Shown one piece after another: positions 45,268 to 54,581 of a DNA stretch of 64,000 nucleotides. The DNA lies in NCBI GenBank assembly GCA_965226205.1, contig CBDDCJ010000023.1:151901-215900 (forward strand), written 5' to 3'. Position numbers and translations under genes: made by a program. The DNA comes from Opitutales bacterium. Its GTDB lineage: Bacteria; Verrucomicrobiota; Verrucomicrobiia; Opitutales; UBA2987. The notes under the pieces are model-generated. The model made no database searches and was not told the DNA's origin. It saw only the letters and a list, made by a program, of their open reading frames with translations. How positions within the stretch are numbered: the first letter of the stretch is position 1; each line of letters starts with the position of its first letter.

Positions 45268-46917
45268 TCAGCCGTGGCCGTTGTCCAATGACTCGCCGTA
45301 CTTCCGCAGAAGCCAGGTTGCCCTTTCAAAAAGGTTGGTCAGGTCCAGCAGTTCGGCTTGAGATTTCGGGTCTATGTTTTCCGCAAGGGCCAGGTATTCG
45401 GCCCGGATTTTCTTCATCAGGCCACCCTTATCCGAGGTCATCCGCACCAGTAACTCAATGTCATCGTCCGATCCTTGAGCGGCATCCACTGCGGACAAAA
45501 GCACCGTCTGGGTTCCTTCGAGGAATTTACCGGCGATATCCTGGAATTCGAGCGTCTGGTTTTCGGCAAGGAGGATCGTTGTGATTTTGTTTACGCTCTT
45601 CTCCAGGGAATCGAGCAAGCCCTGCCTTTCCAGAATGCCCAGCAGCTGGCGGGTGGTCTGGTGGGAAACATCCTTGTTGATGATCAAGGAAAGGAACTGG
45701 TGGACCTCGCGGCTGATGGCTCTGAAGGCTTCGCTTCTGGTTTTGAGATCGACCTGGTCCTGGGGTTCGAATTCTGGACGAGCCAGTTCGAGATACCCCG
45801 GCAGACGCGCGAGCAAGTCAATCTGTTCCCGTTCGGCCAGTTCCAACCCGGTGTCGGGATCGCTGGCAGCGCCTATGATGAGGTGTCGCGGATGGCTCAG
45901 GTTTTCCGCTCCTGCCCGGTCTGGAACGAGGAGCGTTACCAGCCGCGCCAGCAACGGAAGGAAGGGCAGGAAGATCAGGGTATTGGCTACATTGAAGCCG
46001 GTATGGACAAGAGCGATACCCTGGCGGATATAGGGATACGCGCTTTCACCATTCGCATCGATCACGGGAGTCCCGGGGTTTACCCCCAAGAATTTTTCCA
46101 CAAATTCGATGTAAATCGGAAAGACGGCAGTGACCACCACGACTCCGATGACGTTAAACAGCATATGAGAATAGGCAGTGCGTTTGGCGCTGGTGGAAGC
46201 GCCAATCGATGATAAAAAAGTGGTGATTGTGGTCCCGATATTCTCTCCCAGGACGAGGGCGGCTCCGGTTTCGAAATTGATGACGCCAGCCGAAGCCAGG
46301 CCCATGGTAATGCCAAGGGTGGCGGAAGAGGATTGGACGATCAACGTCAGGACGCAGCCGGCAAAGGCGCATTTCAAGACGCCGAAATACCCGGTGGCCT
46401 GGAAGAAGGCGAACCACTCCACGAACTCCGGCATCATCCGCAGCGGCTTGAACCCGTTCGACATGGTTTCGAGACCAAAAAAAACCATTCCGATCCCCAT
46501 TAGCATCATGGCCACGAACCGGACTTTTTCGTTCTTGGTGAAAAGGAAAAAAAAAGGCAGCCAGGCCCAACAACGGCAGCCCCATTTGCCGACTTTGAGC
46601 ACCAGTATCCAACCCGTTATAGTGGTTCCGAGAATTACCCCGATCGCCTGGTTCAATGTCATCAACCCGCTATTGACGAAGCCCACGGTCATGACCGTGG
46701 TAACGCTGGAGGATTGGATCATGCAGGTGACGAAAACACCAACCAGACATGCGAAAATGCGGTTGTTGGTGCCGGCGTGGATCAATTGCCGAAGCCGGTT
46801 GTCGGCAATCGCCTGCATCCCTTCAGACATGTATTTCATGCCTAGAAGGAAAAGCCCGAGTCCTCCGACCACGCCGAAGATGAGTTGCGTAATCAGTTCT
46901 GTATCCATCGCCTCCAC
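45268..46917 (-). CDS. Na+/Pi cotransporter family protein (possible lesions)
   Basis: GGLGLFLLGM, IQSSSVT and VQSSSAT repeats, LGENIGTT. First GANIGTT motif truncated, and a short out-of-frame patch. Confidence 0.85.
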   Translation of the reverse strand: MEAMDTELITQLIFGVVGGLGLFLLGMKYMSEGMQAIADNRLRQLIHAGTNNRIFACLVGVFVTCMIQSSSVTTVMTVGFVNSGLMTLNQAIGVILGTTITGWILVLKVGKWGCRCWAWLPFFFLFTKNEKVRFVAMMLMGIGMVFFGLETMSNGFKPLRMMPEFVEWFAFFQATGYFGVLKCAFAGCVLTLIVQSSSATLGITMGLASAGVINFETGAALVLGENIGTTITTFLSSIGASTSAKRTAYSHMLFNVIGVVVVTAVFPIYIEFVEKFLGVNPGTPVIDANGESAYPYIRQGIALVHTGFNVANTLIFLPFLPLLARLVTLLVPDRAGAENLSHPRHLIIGAASDPDTGLELAEREQIDLLARLPGYLELARPEFEPQDQVDLKTRSEAFRAISREVHQFLSLIINKDVSHQTTRQLLGILERQGLLDSLEKSVNKITTILLAENQTLEFQDIAGKFLEGTQTVLLSAVDAAQGSDDDIELLVRMTSDKGGLMKKIRAEYLALAENIDPKSQAELLDLTNLFERATWLLRKYGESLDNGHG

Positions 46918-47016
46918 TTCATGGTTTCACTAAATGCCGCCAGCCGTCAATGCGGGACCGTCGGTATCGCGCAAAATATGGAATAAGGCGCCAACCCGGT
47001 TCAAATTCGCGGAGCC

Positions 47017-48342
47017 TCAATCGCTCAACAAAAGCCTGACATCTCCTTTGGCTCTGGTCAGGGAGAGGCGGCTGAGGTTATATTGATATCGGATTTCGAT
47101 CATTTCATCGCTGGCGTCGGCCAGGGCGGCCAGGGCGTCGATGATTTCCCGGTTGTCGGCCACTCCTTCGGTAAATCGGGTGCGGGCCAAATCGAGTTCC
47201 TCTTCGCTCAGTTCCACCCTTTTTCGGGTGATGCCGATTTGGTCGTAGCGTGAGCGGGCGTCCTGCAGGGCCAGTTTATAATCGGCCCCGACCTGGTTTT
47301 CAATGTTTTGAATGACCAGTTCCTGGGCGTGTATGAGGGCTTCGGCCCGGCGTTTGTTGGAGCGGATGCGATGTCCTTCGAATATGGGCAGGCTCATGGA
47401 TATGCCGGTCAACCAGGCATTCCGGTCGCACCCGTCGAAGGCGGTCTCGGTGGCATATCCCCACTCGCCGAAGAAGTTGATGCTGGGCAGTCTCTCCAAC
47501 CCCGCATATTTGCGCGCGGCCAGATTTCGCTCCAGCCGCTCGACGGCAATGAGGTAGTTCGGACGGGCCTCCAGCAAAGCCGTCCGGTTGTATTCTTGAC
47601 GATGAAACTGGATCGGTTTCAAGCGTTCGGTGGATTGCAGGCGCAGTTGAGCATCCAGATCGAGATCGAGCAGGAGTTGGAAACGGAGGGCGCTTTCCAA
47701 AACGATGGTATCTTGCTGCAGGCGCTGCTTTTGATCGGTGGCCACCCCGGCATTGAGCTGGTTGATGGCCAGATCGAGGAGGGCTTCATCGCGTTCGATA
47801 TTGGCATCGAGCACGTCGATGCGTTTGAGGTTGCGCAAATGGCTGTAAAACGCATTGGCGGCATTATTCAGGCTGTCTTGCAGCACACTCTCCAGGGTCA
47901 GCTCGGAAATATGATGGTTGTAGCGGGACAATCGCCAGGTGGCGTAATTGACTACATTGATCAAAGGCACGGTGCCGACCATCTTTCCATCGAACCGGTT
48001 GACCGGAGGGGAGCTGGGAAATTCGAATCCAAATCCGACCGGAGCAATCTGGGTGCGTATCTGGGCGGCATCGAAGGAAATCCGGGGGATCAGTTCCGCG
48101 CGGTCCCTCAAGGCAATTTGAAAAGCCTCCTCGACCGCCTGCCTCTGGATGAGCACTTCGAGGTTTTGTTTTTCAATCCAGGTAAAAGTCTCCGCCAGGT
48201 TAAGGCTGACCACTTCGCCCGAAAGAGGATTGAGCAAAGGCCCGCAAACCATCGCCAAAAGAGAAGCCGGAAAAAACTTGAGCTTGCCTCGAAAGGAAAA
48301 TTGGGGTCTTAAAGCTCTGGAAATTTTAGTTATTTGTTTCAT
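47017..48342 (-). CDS. TolC-family outer membrane efflux protein
   Basis: Signal peptide, OEP repeats ([31 protein letters not shown]). Start placed at ATG 48342 (48366 possible). About 12 aa appear missing in repeat 1. Confidence 0.82.
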   Translation of the reverse strand: MKQITKISRALRPQFSFRGKLKFFPASLLAMVCGPLLNPLSGEVVSLNLAETFTWIEKQNLEVLIQRQAVEEAFQIALRDRAELIPRISFDAAQIRTQIAPVGFGFEFPSSPPVNRFDGKMVGTVPLINVVNYATWRLSRYNHHISELTLESVLQDSLNNAANAFYSHLRNLKRIDVLDANIERDEALLDLAINQLNAGVATDQKQRLQQDTIVLESALRFQLLLDLDLDAQLRLQSTERLKPIQFHRQEYNRTALLEARPNYLIAVERLERNLAARKYAGLERLPSINFFGEWGYATETAFDGCDRNAWLTGISMSLPIFEGHRIRSNKRRAEALIHAQELVIQNIENQVGADYKLALQDARSRYDQIGITRKRVELSEEELDLARTRFTEGVADNREIIDALAALADASDEMIEIRYQYNLSRLSLTRAKGDVRLLLSD

Positions 48343-48393
48343 AATTATGTCCGCTATTTTAGCCATAAAAACCTCTCGATTCAGGGCAGAGCA

Positions 48394-50034
48394 ATGAAAA
48401 TCGGCCTGGCCCAGATAAACACCATCGTCGGCGATCTGCCGGGAAACCGGCACAAGATAATCGATGCCTACCGCCAACTTTGTGAAAATGGAGCGGAGCT
48501 GGTTGTATTCCCGGAGCTGGCCGTTTGCGGTTATCCCCCCAGAGACTTGCTGAGCAAGAGCCGTTTCGTCCCCGACAACGAAACCTCGTTACAGGAAATT
48601 GCGGCCCAGTGCGGGCAAACGCCACTCCTCATCGGTTTCGTGGAACAAAATCACTCCGGCAAAGGCAGAGACTACTACAACGCCGCCGCCTGGTGCGCCG
48701 GTGGTGGTGTGGTCAAAACTTTTCAAAAATGCCTTTTGCCCACCTATGATGTTTTTGACGAAGTGCGGCATTTTCACGAGGCCGCCGATCCGCGTTTCAT
48801 GGAATTTAAAGGATGCCGCATCGGGATCACCATTTGCGAAGACATCTGGACGGCCCGGTTTGTGGACACGCGCCAAAGGTATGATTTCGACCCGGTCGAG
48901 GCGCTTTCCAGGATGGAACTCAACCTTCTGGTAAACCTCTCGGCCAGCCCCTGGCAATATGGCAAAAAAGCGTTCCGCCAAAATCTGGTCGTCAGCGCGG
49001 CCGAACGCTGCCGCTGCCCTGTCGTTTTTTGCAACGCCGTGGGGGGAAATGATGAACTCATTTTCGACGGGCACAGCATGGCGGTCAAAGCCGAGGGGAA
49101 AGTGGTCGCCGCTCTGGCCGGTTTCCGCGAAGAGTGCGCGGTTATCGATACCGAATCCAGCGAAGAATACATTTCCACCACTTTCCACCAAGATCCGATG
49201 GCCGATATACACGACGCCCTCGTCCTCGGATTGAGGGATTACGCTCACAAATGTGGATTTCGAAAAGCCCTCCTCGGTTTGAGCGGGGGCATCGATTCAG
49301 CCGTCACGGCGGCTTTGGCGGCGGACGCGCTGGGACCGGAAAATGTCATCGGCATCAGCCTCCCCTCCTCTATTTCCAGCCGGCACAGCCGGGATGACGC
49401 CGCCGCCCTGGCCGCCAACCTGGGCATCGAGTACCAAACGCTTCCCATTTCGGAATTGGTCTCCGCTGCCGATAAAACGCTCTCGCCGATTTTCGAGGGC
49501 CGCTCGGCGGACGTGACGGAGGAGAATGTGCAGGCCCGCAGCCGAGGCCTTCTGCTCATGGCGGTTTCCAACAAATTCGGGGCCCTCCTTTTGTCCACCG
49601 GCAACAAGAGCGAATTGGCGGTGGGCTATTGCACGCTTTACGGGGACATGTGCGGTGGACTGGCCGTGATTTCCGATCTGCCCAAGGTCAAAGTTTACGA
49701 ACTGGCCCGGTGGATGAATCGCAACGGCGAGGTCATCCCCGTGAACACCATCGAAAAAGCGCCTTCGGCAGAACTGCGCCCCGACCAAAAAGACGAGGAT
49801 TCACTGCCGCCCTACGATATCCTGGACGCCATCCTGGCCCTCTATGTAGAAGAAGGGAAATCCTCACAGGAAATCACCGAAGCCGGGTTTGACCCCGAAA
49901 TCGTCCGGGACATCATCCGCAAGGTTGATCTCAACGAATACAAGCGCCAACAAGCCGCCCCCGGCTTGAAAATCACACCCCTGGCATTCGGGGTAGGAAG
50001 GCGCATCCCCATCGTCCAAAAATACATCGGATAA
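48394..50034 (+). CDS. nadE: Glutamine-dependent NAD+ synthetase
   Basis: Nitrilase domain ([18 protein letters not shown]) fused to the synthetase domain ([41 protein letters not shown]). Confidence 0.96.
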   Translation: MKIGLAQINTIVGDLPGNRHKIIDAYRQLCENGAELVVFPELAVCGYPPRDLLSKSRFVPDNETSLQEIAAQCGQTPLLIGFVEQNHSGKGRDYYNAAAWCAGGGVVKTFQKCLLPTYDVFDEVRHFHEAADPRFMEFKGCRIGITICEDIWTARFVDTRQRYDFDPVEALSRMELNLLVNLSASPWQYGKKAFRQNLVVSAAERCRCPVVFCNAVGGNDELIFDGHSMAVKAEGKVVAALAGFREECAVIDTESSEEYISTTFHQDPMADIHDALVLGLRDYAHKCGFRKALLGLSGGIDSAVTAALAADALGPENVIGISLPSSISSRHSRDDAAALAANLGIEYQTLPISELVSAADKTLSPIFEGRSADVTEENVQARSRGLLLMAVSNKFGALLLSTGNKSELAVGYCTLYGDMCGGLAVISDLPKVKVYELARWMNRNGEVIPVNTIEKAPSAELRPDQKDEDSLPPYDILDAILALYVEEGKSSQEITEAGFDPEIVRDIIRKVDLNEYKRQQAAPGLKITPLAFGVGRRIPIVQKYIG

Positions 50035-50078
50035 ATGGGATCCAGCATCCTGAAACATAAAATTTACTTAACCCTGAC

Positions 50079-51362
50079 ATGAAAACCACAACTTCAGAAA
50101 ATCTGTTTGCCAAAGCTAAGGAATTGATGCCGGGCGGGGTTAATTCCCCGGTGCGCGCTTTCCGTTCCGTCAATGGATCCCCATTTTTTACGGAACGGGC
50201 GGATGGGGCCACCTTAACCACCGTCGATGGTGAAGTATTGATCGATTATGTGTGCACATGGGGTCCGGCCATTCACGGCCACAACCATCCGGCCATTCGC
50301 TCCGCCCTGGCCGAAGCCCTGGAAAAAGGAACCAGTTTCGGCACCCCCAATCCCTACGAAGTTGAAATGGCGGAACGCATCTGCGAAATGGTTCCATCGG
50401 TGCAAAAAGTGCGCATGGTCAACAGCGGGACCGAGGCCACCATGGCTTGCATCCGCCTGGCCAGAGGATACACAGGGCGGGATAAAATCGTCAAATTCGC
50501 CGGCTGTTATCACGGGCATGTCGATTCTCTTTTGGTCAAAGCAGGCTCTGGGGCAATGACATTCGGGCATCCCGACAGTGCCGGGATTCCCGCCGGTTTT
50601 GCTCGTGAAACCATCGTTTTGCCATTCAACGATGAAGCGGCTCTGGAGGATGCTTTTAAAACTCGAGGCGGGGTAATTGCGGGCCTCATTGTGGAACCCT
50701 ATCCGGCCAACAACTGCCTCATCCTGCCCCGAAAAGGTTTTTTGCAAAAACTTAGAGACGTTTGCGCCAGGCATGGCAGCGTGCTCATATTCGATGAAGT
50801 GATGACCGGGTTTCGGGTCGCTCCCGGCGGAGTTCAGGAAAAAGAGGGCGTTGTGCCCGACTTGACCGCGCTGGGCAAAATCATTGGTGGCGGGCTGCCC
50901 GTGGGAGCGTTCGGGGGCAAAGCCGAAATCATGGATTGCCTGGCGCCCGACGGGCCTGTTTACCAGGCCGGCACTTTAAGTGGCAACCCGCTGGCCATGA
51001 CCGCCGGAATCACCGCATTATGGCTGTTGAAAAAAGAAAATCCCTATCACAAGCTGGACCAAATGGGCAAAAGCCTGGGCCAGGCATTGCTCGAAACGGC
51101 CGAGGCGAAGGGCATCGCGTTGCAATTTCCGCAAACCGGCTCCATGTTCTCACTCATATTTTCGGAAGAACCGGTAACCAATTTCGAGCAAGCCCTCAAG
51201 ATAGATGCCGCGAAATTTGGGAAACTCTTTCACTACGCCCTGGAACACGGGGTCTATCTGCCGCCGTCGGCATACGAAACCTGCTTTATCAGCGCCGCCC
51301 ATACCTCACGAGACCTCGAAAAAACCGCCGAAATATTAGTGGCAGGAATAAGGGCGCTCTGA
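50079..51362 (+). CDS. hemL: Glutamate-1-semialdehyde 2,1-aminomutase
   Basis: [44 protein letters not shown]-lysine [24 protein letters not shown]. Confidence 0.97.
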   Translation: MKTTTSENLFAKAKELMPGGVNSPVRAFRSVNGSPFFTERADGATLTTVDGEVLIDYVCTWGPAIHGHNHPAIRSALAEALEKGTSFGTPNPYEVEMAERICEMVPSVQKVRMVNSGTEATMACIRLARGYTGRDKIVKFAGCYHGHVDSLLVKAGSGAMTFGHPDSAGIPAGFARETIVLPFNDEAALEDAFKTRGGVIAGLIVEPYPANNCLILPRKGFLQKLRDVCARHGSVLIFDEVMTGFRVAPGGVQEKEGVVPDLTALGKIIGGGLPVGAFGGKAEIMDCLAPDGPVYQAGTLSGNPLAMTAGITALWLLKKENPYHKLDQMGKSLGQALLETAEAKGIALQFPQTGSMFSLIFSEEPVTNFEQALKIDAAKFGKLFHYALEHGVYLPPSAYETCFISAAHTSRDLEKTAEILVAGIRAL

Positions 51363-51379
51363 TGCGGGAGTCAAGATGG

Positions 51380-51477
51380 TTTCAGGTGTCTGGTGCCGGG
51401 ACTCGGCATCCGATGGTTTTTGCTTTTATTAACGTCATTTTTCCAGACACCAGACACCAGACACCAGATACCTGAAA
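51380..51477. repeat. Heptamer (CCAGACA) array forming a long inverted repeat between hemL and the PPTase gene
   Basis: TTTCAGGTGTCTGGTG (51380-51395) pairs with CACCAGATACCTGAAA (51462-51477), one mismatch; CCAGACA x3, CCAGATA, CCTGAAA at 51443-51477. Confidence 0.8.
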
Positions 51478-51481
51478 AACT

Positions 51482-52210
51482 GTGAACTGGCTGCCTCCAC
51501 CGGAGAGTATTTGCGCAACCGAAAAGACGGTCGATATATGGCGGCTGCCGCTTTTCACGGATAGCGAAAATTTGCTCGATTGCCTCTCCTGGCTCTCCCC
51601 CGACGAGAAGGAACGGGCCGGGCGTTTTATTAAGGAAATCCACAGTCGGCGTTTTATTCTGGGCCGGGGCGGTTTGCGCAAGATTCTCTCTCGCTATAAG
51701 CGGACCCATCCCTCCAAAATCAATTTCCGCTACAATGCTCACGGCAAACCGGAACTGGCCGGCAATGATAGCCTGCGCTTCAATCTCTCCCATTCCAAGG
51801 ACCTTGCCCTGGCAGCCGTTACGGCAAATAAGGGGGTCGGGATCGATGTCGAGTATATGCGCGAAAATGTGGATTACCTGAAACTGGCCGAACGTTTTTT
51901 TGCCCAAAATGAGGCCGGGGCCCTAAAAAAAATGCCCGCCTCTTTGCAAAAAGAAACCTTTTTCCGCATCTGGACGCGAAAGGAGGCCTACATTAAAGCG
52001 CATGGCAAAGGTCTTTCCCTCCCGCTGGATCAATTCGAGGTTTCCACCGCAAAGGACGATCCGCCGCGACTGCTCTCCACTCGGCACGACCCGAAGGATA
52101 AGGAACGATGGAGTTTTTTTGAAATCGAAACCTGGAAAAATTACACCGCCACACTAATATGGGAGGGAATCGGCGCCGGCATCCGTTATTGGGAAGACCC
52201 CTGGAATTAA
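51482..52210 (+). CDS. Sfp-type 4'-phosphopantetheinyl transferase
   Basis: GTG start; HGKP, FNLSHS, GVGIDVE, FFRIWTRKEAYIKAHGKGL. Confidence 0.92.
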   Translation: MNWLPPPESICATEKTVDIWRLPLFTDSENLLDCLSWLSPDEKERAGRFIKEIHSRRFILGRGGLRKILSRYKRTHPSKINFRYNAHGKPELAGNDSLRFNLSHSKDLALAAVTANKGVGIDVEYMRENVDYLKLAERFFAQNEAGALKKMPASLQKETFFRIWTRKEAYIKAHGKGLSLPLDQFEVSTAKDDPPRLLSTRHDPKDKERWSFFEIETWKNYTATLIWEGIGAGIRYWEDPWN

Positions 52211-52225
52211 AGAGTTTAGGGGAGA

Positions 52226-52642
52226 TCACATTTTGAATGCCCGCATCTGCCTCTGCACATCGGGAGTGAAATAGGTGCCCCCCTCAATGATGGCTTCCAC
52301 CGCCATCTTCAATTGGTCCAGGCCGCATGATTTTTCAACAAAACCCTCCGCTTTGCCATGCAGCGCAATACGGATGGTTTCCGGATTAACGGTGGCCGTG
52401 AATATAAGCACCTTGATGCCGGGAATCTTTTTCTTCAAAATATGAAGAATCTCCAACCCGTTGATTTCGGGCAGCCGAATGTCGATGATGGCAAGCTCGG
52501 GTTTTAATTTGAGACATTCACGCAGAGCTTCCGCTCCATTGCCGCTGAAACCAATAACTTCGAGCTGCGGCATGGTGGCATTGAAAAACTCCACGCATAA
52601 ATCCCGTAAAACAACCTCGTCCTCGATAAAGTAAACTTTCAT
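52226..52642 (-). CDS. Stand-alone response regulator receiver (NarL-like REC, no HTH)
   Basis: IEDE, LAIIDIRLPE (phospho-Asp), IFTA, GFVEK, YFTPDV, then stop. Confidence 0.88.
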   Translation of the reverse strand: MKVYFIEDEVVLRDLCVEFFNATMPQLEVIGFSGNGAEALRECLKLKPELAIIDIRLPEINGLEILHILKKKIPGIKVLIFTATVNPETIRIALHGKAEGFVEKSCGLDQLKMAVEAIIEGGTYFTPDVQRQMRAFKM

Positions 52643-52735
52643 TTTCAGCGCCAACTAAGACAATACAACCGAAAGCAGGCTGTCAACGGAACATATCGCC
52701 AAGCTACGCCCTGCCCTGTTCTATGCTTATCGTCT

Positions 52736-53194
52736 TCAGTAGGCAGCGGCCGAGGCCGTCGCAGGGGAATCGGAAGCATTGTAACTTTTCACCTGCCTGA
52801 GAACATTGGGACTGAAATATTTTTCTCCGGAAAAAATAGACCCCAATGCTGTCTTCAGTTGATCCAGCCCGCCCGCTTTTTCAATAAACCCATCCGCGCC
52901 TCCACGCACGGCTTCGTTTATGGTATCAGGGCAAACGGAACCGGTCAGGAACCCGACTTTGGCATCCGGGTTTTGCGCTTTGATTATTTTGAGCAGTTCC
53001 AGGCCGCTGATTTCGGGCAGCATGATGTCCAGCAAAACAAGATCGGGCTGCAGCTCCAGGCAATCCCGCATAGCCTGGCTGCCATCTGCGCCCATTCCCA
53101 CAAGATCATATTCAGGCAGAGCCAGGGCAAAATAATCGCGGTACAAATCACGCAAGACGGATTCATCCTCAACAATATAAACCTTATTCATCAC
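52736..53194 (-). CDS. Stand-alone response regulator receiver (NarL-like REC, no HTH), paralog of the neighbour
   Basis: VEDE, LVLLDIMLPE, FLTG, GFIEK, YFSPNV, short Ala-rich tail. Confidence 0.88.
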   Translation of the reverse strand: MMNKVYIVEDESVLRDLYRDYFALALPEYDLVGMGADGSQAMRDCLELQPDLVLLDIMLPEISGLELLKIIKAQNPDAKVGFLTGSVCPDTINEAVRGGADGFIEKAGGLDQLKTALGSIFSGEKYFSPNVLRQVKSYNASDSPATASAAAY

Positions 53195-53343
53195 AACATA
53201 CAGGGAATAGCGTCCAAGCTACAATTCCGTGATTTAGAAAATCGGCCCGATTCTTCGCTTCTTTACCGGAATTTCATATTTTCCCGGACTTAAAAATTCG
53301 AGTGGCCAGTGGCCGCCAGCCCTTGACGGACTGGAATCCGCAA

Positions 53344-54475
53344 TCAATCAGAAGAAACGGGGGGAACAAGCCCTTGGTCCAAAGAGGGCCCGCCCGCTTC
53401 CTGCAGGGATTTGAGAGTCGAAAGATAAGTCGTCATAACCCCTTTGCCTTTTACATCGATAACACCCCTGAGGACAAAGCCGTTCTGGCCCGGCAGCCGT
53501 TTAAGGGTTTCTTCCGCTATCTGGATGCTGCCAGGCAAACCGAGAGACTCCATGCGGCTGGCCAAATTGACGGTCTCGCCCCATAAATCGTAAGCAAACC
53601 TGGTCTGGCCAATGACCCCCGCCACGACGGGACCGGCATGCATGCCAATACGCAGTTGCAGGCTCATGTTATGGTCCTCGTTGAACTGATTCATGTAGCG
53701 CAGGCAAGCAAAAGCAAAATCGAGGCAGTTTTTCTCATGATTTTCTATATTCGGCGCAATACCCCCCACCACCATGTAGGAGTCGCCGATGGTCTTGATT
53801 TTTTCCAATTGAAAATCGAACACCATTTTATCGAAGGCGCTGAATATGTGGTTGAGTAAATAAAGCAGGGTATCGGGGCTGATTTGAGAAGATAATTTCG
53901 TAAACCCGACCAAATCGGCGAAAAGGACGGTGGCGTCTGCTATATTTTCCGCGATGTTGTCCTCTCCTTTTTTCAATCTTTCGGCAATGCTCCGGGGCAA
54001 TACGTTGTATAAAACCGTTTCCGATTTTCTTTTTTCTTTCTCCACCAATTGAAAAAGGTACCTTTCCTGGTCTCGCAGGTATTTGCGTTCGAGGCTGGCC
54101 CCCACGCAGGAGCGTTTCCTCAACGGGTTTAGTCAGGTAATCCTCGGCCCCACTCTCGATGCACCGGATGACGCTGTCCAATTGGTCCAAAGCGGTAACC
54201 ATTATGACGGGTATAATGCGAAGGGTCTTCTTGTCCTTCATGTAATCGAGGACTTCATAGCCGTTCATTTCCGGCATGTTGATATCTAGTAGAACCAGGT
54301 CTATATGTTTGTGGCTTTCGATAAACTCGATGGCTTTCTTGCCATCCATGGCCGTATGCAAGTTCTCGTAGCCATGATCTTCGAGCAAGGCCAGGACCAA
54401 ATCCAGATTGTCCTCATGGTCATCCACCACGAGGATATTCATATTAAGAAGATTTTCCTGTAACTTATTTTTCAA
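53344..54475 (-). pseudogene. REC-class III adenylate cyclase fusion, frameshifted near 54105
   Basis: REC part (VVDDH, LLDINMP, YLTKP) in ORF 54475; cyclase part (VGASLERK, VLFADLVGF, KIKTIGDSY, YDLWGETVNLASRMES) in ORF 54123 in another frame. Could be an assembly error. Confidence 0.85.
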
Positions 54476-54581
54476 TCACATTTCCCAGGTTGACAGAGTT
54501 CTATTCATGAACTCGGAATTATCTAGACATCGCGATTGATGTCAAAAACCGTAGTCGAAGGAAAGCAGAAACGGTGAAAAT

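Noticed and set aside
51380-51477. CRISPR array
   Set aside because: The units are 7-bp tandem repeats with no spacers, and no cas genes are present. No CRISPR-like repeat-spacer pattern was seen anywhere in the window.
51482-52210. Marker of an NRPS/PKS cluster
   Set aside because: No adenylation, ketosynthase or carrier-protein gene is in the window; the adenylating enzyme at 568 is a canonical Acs.
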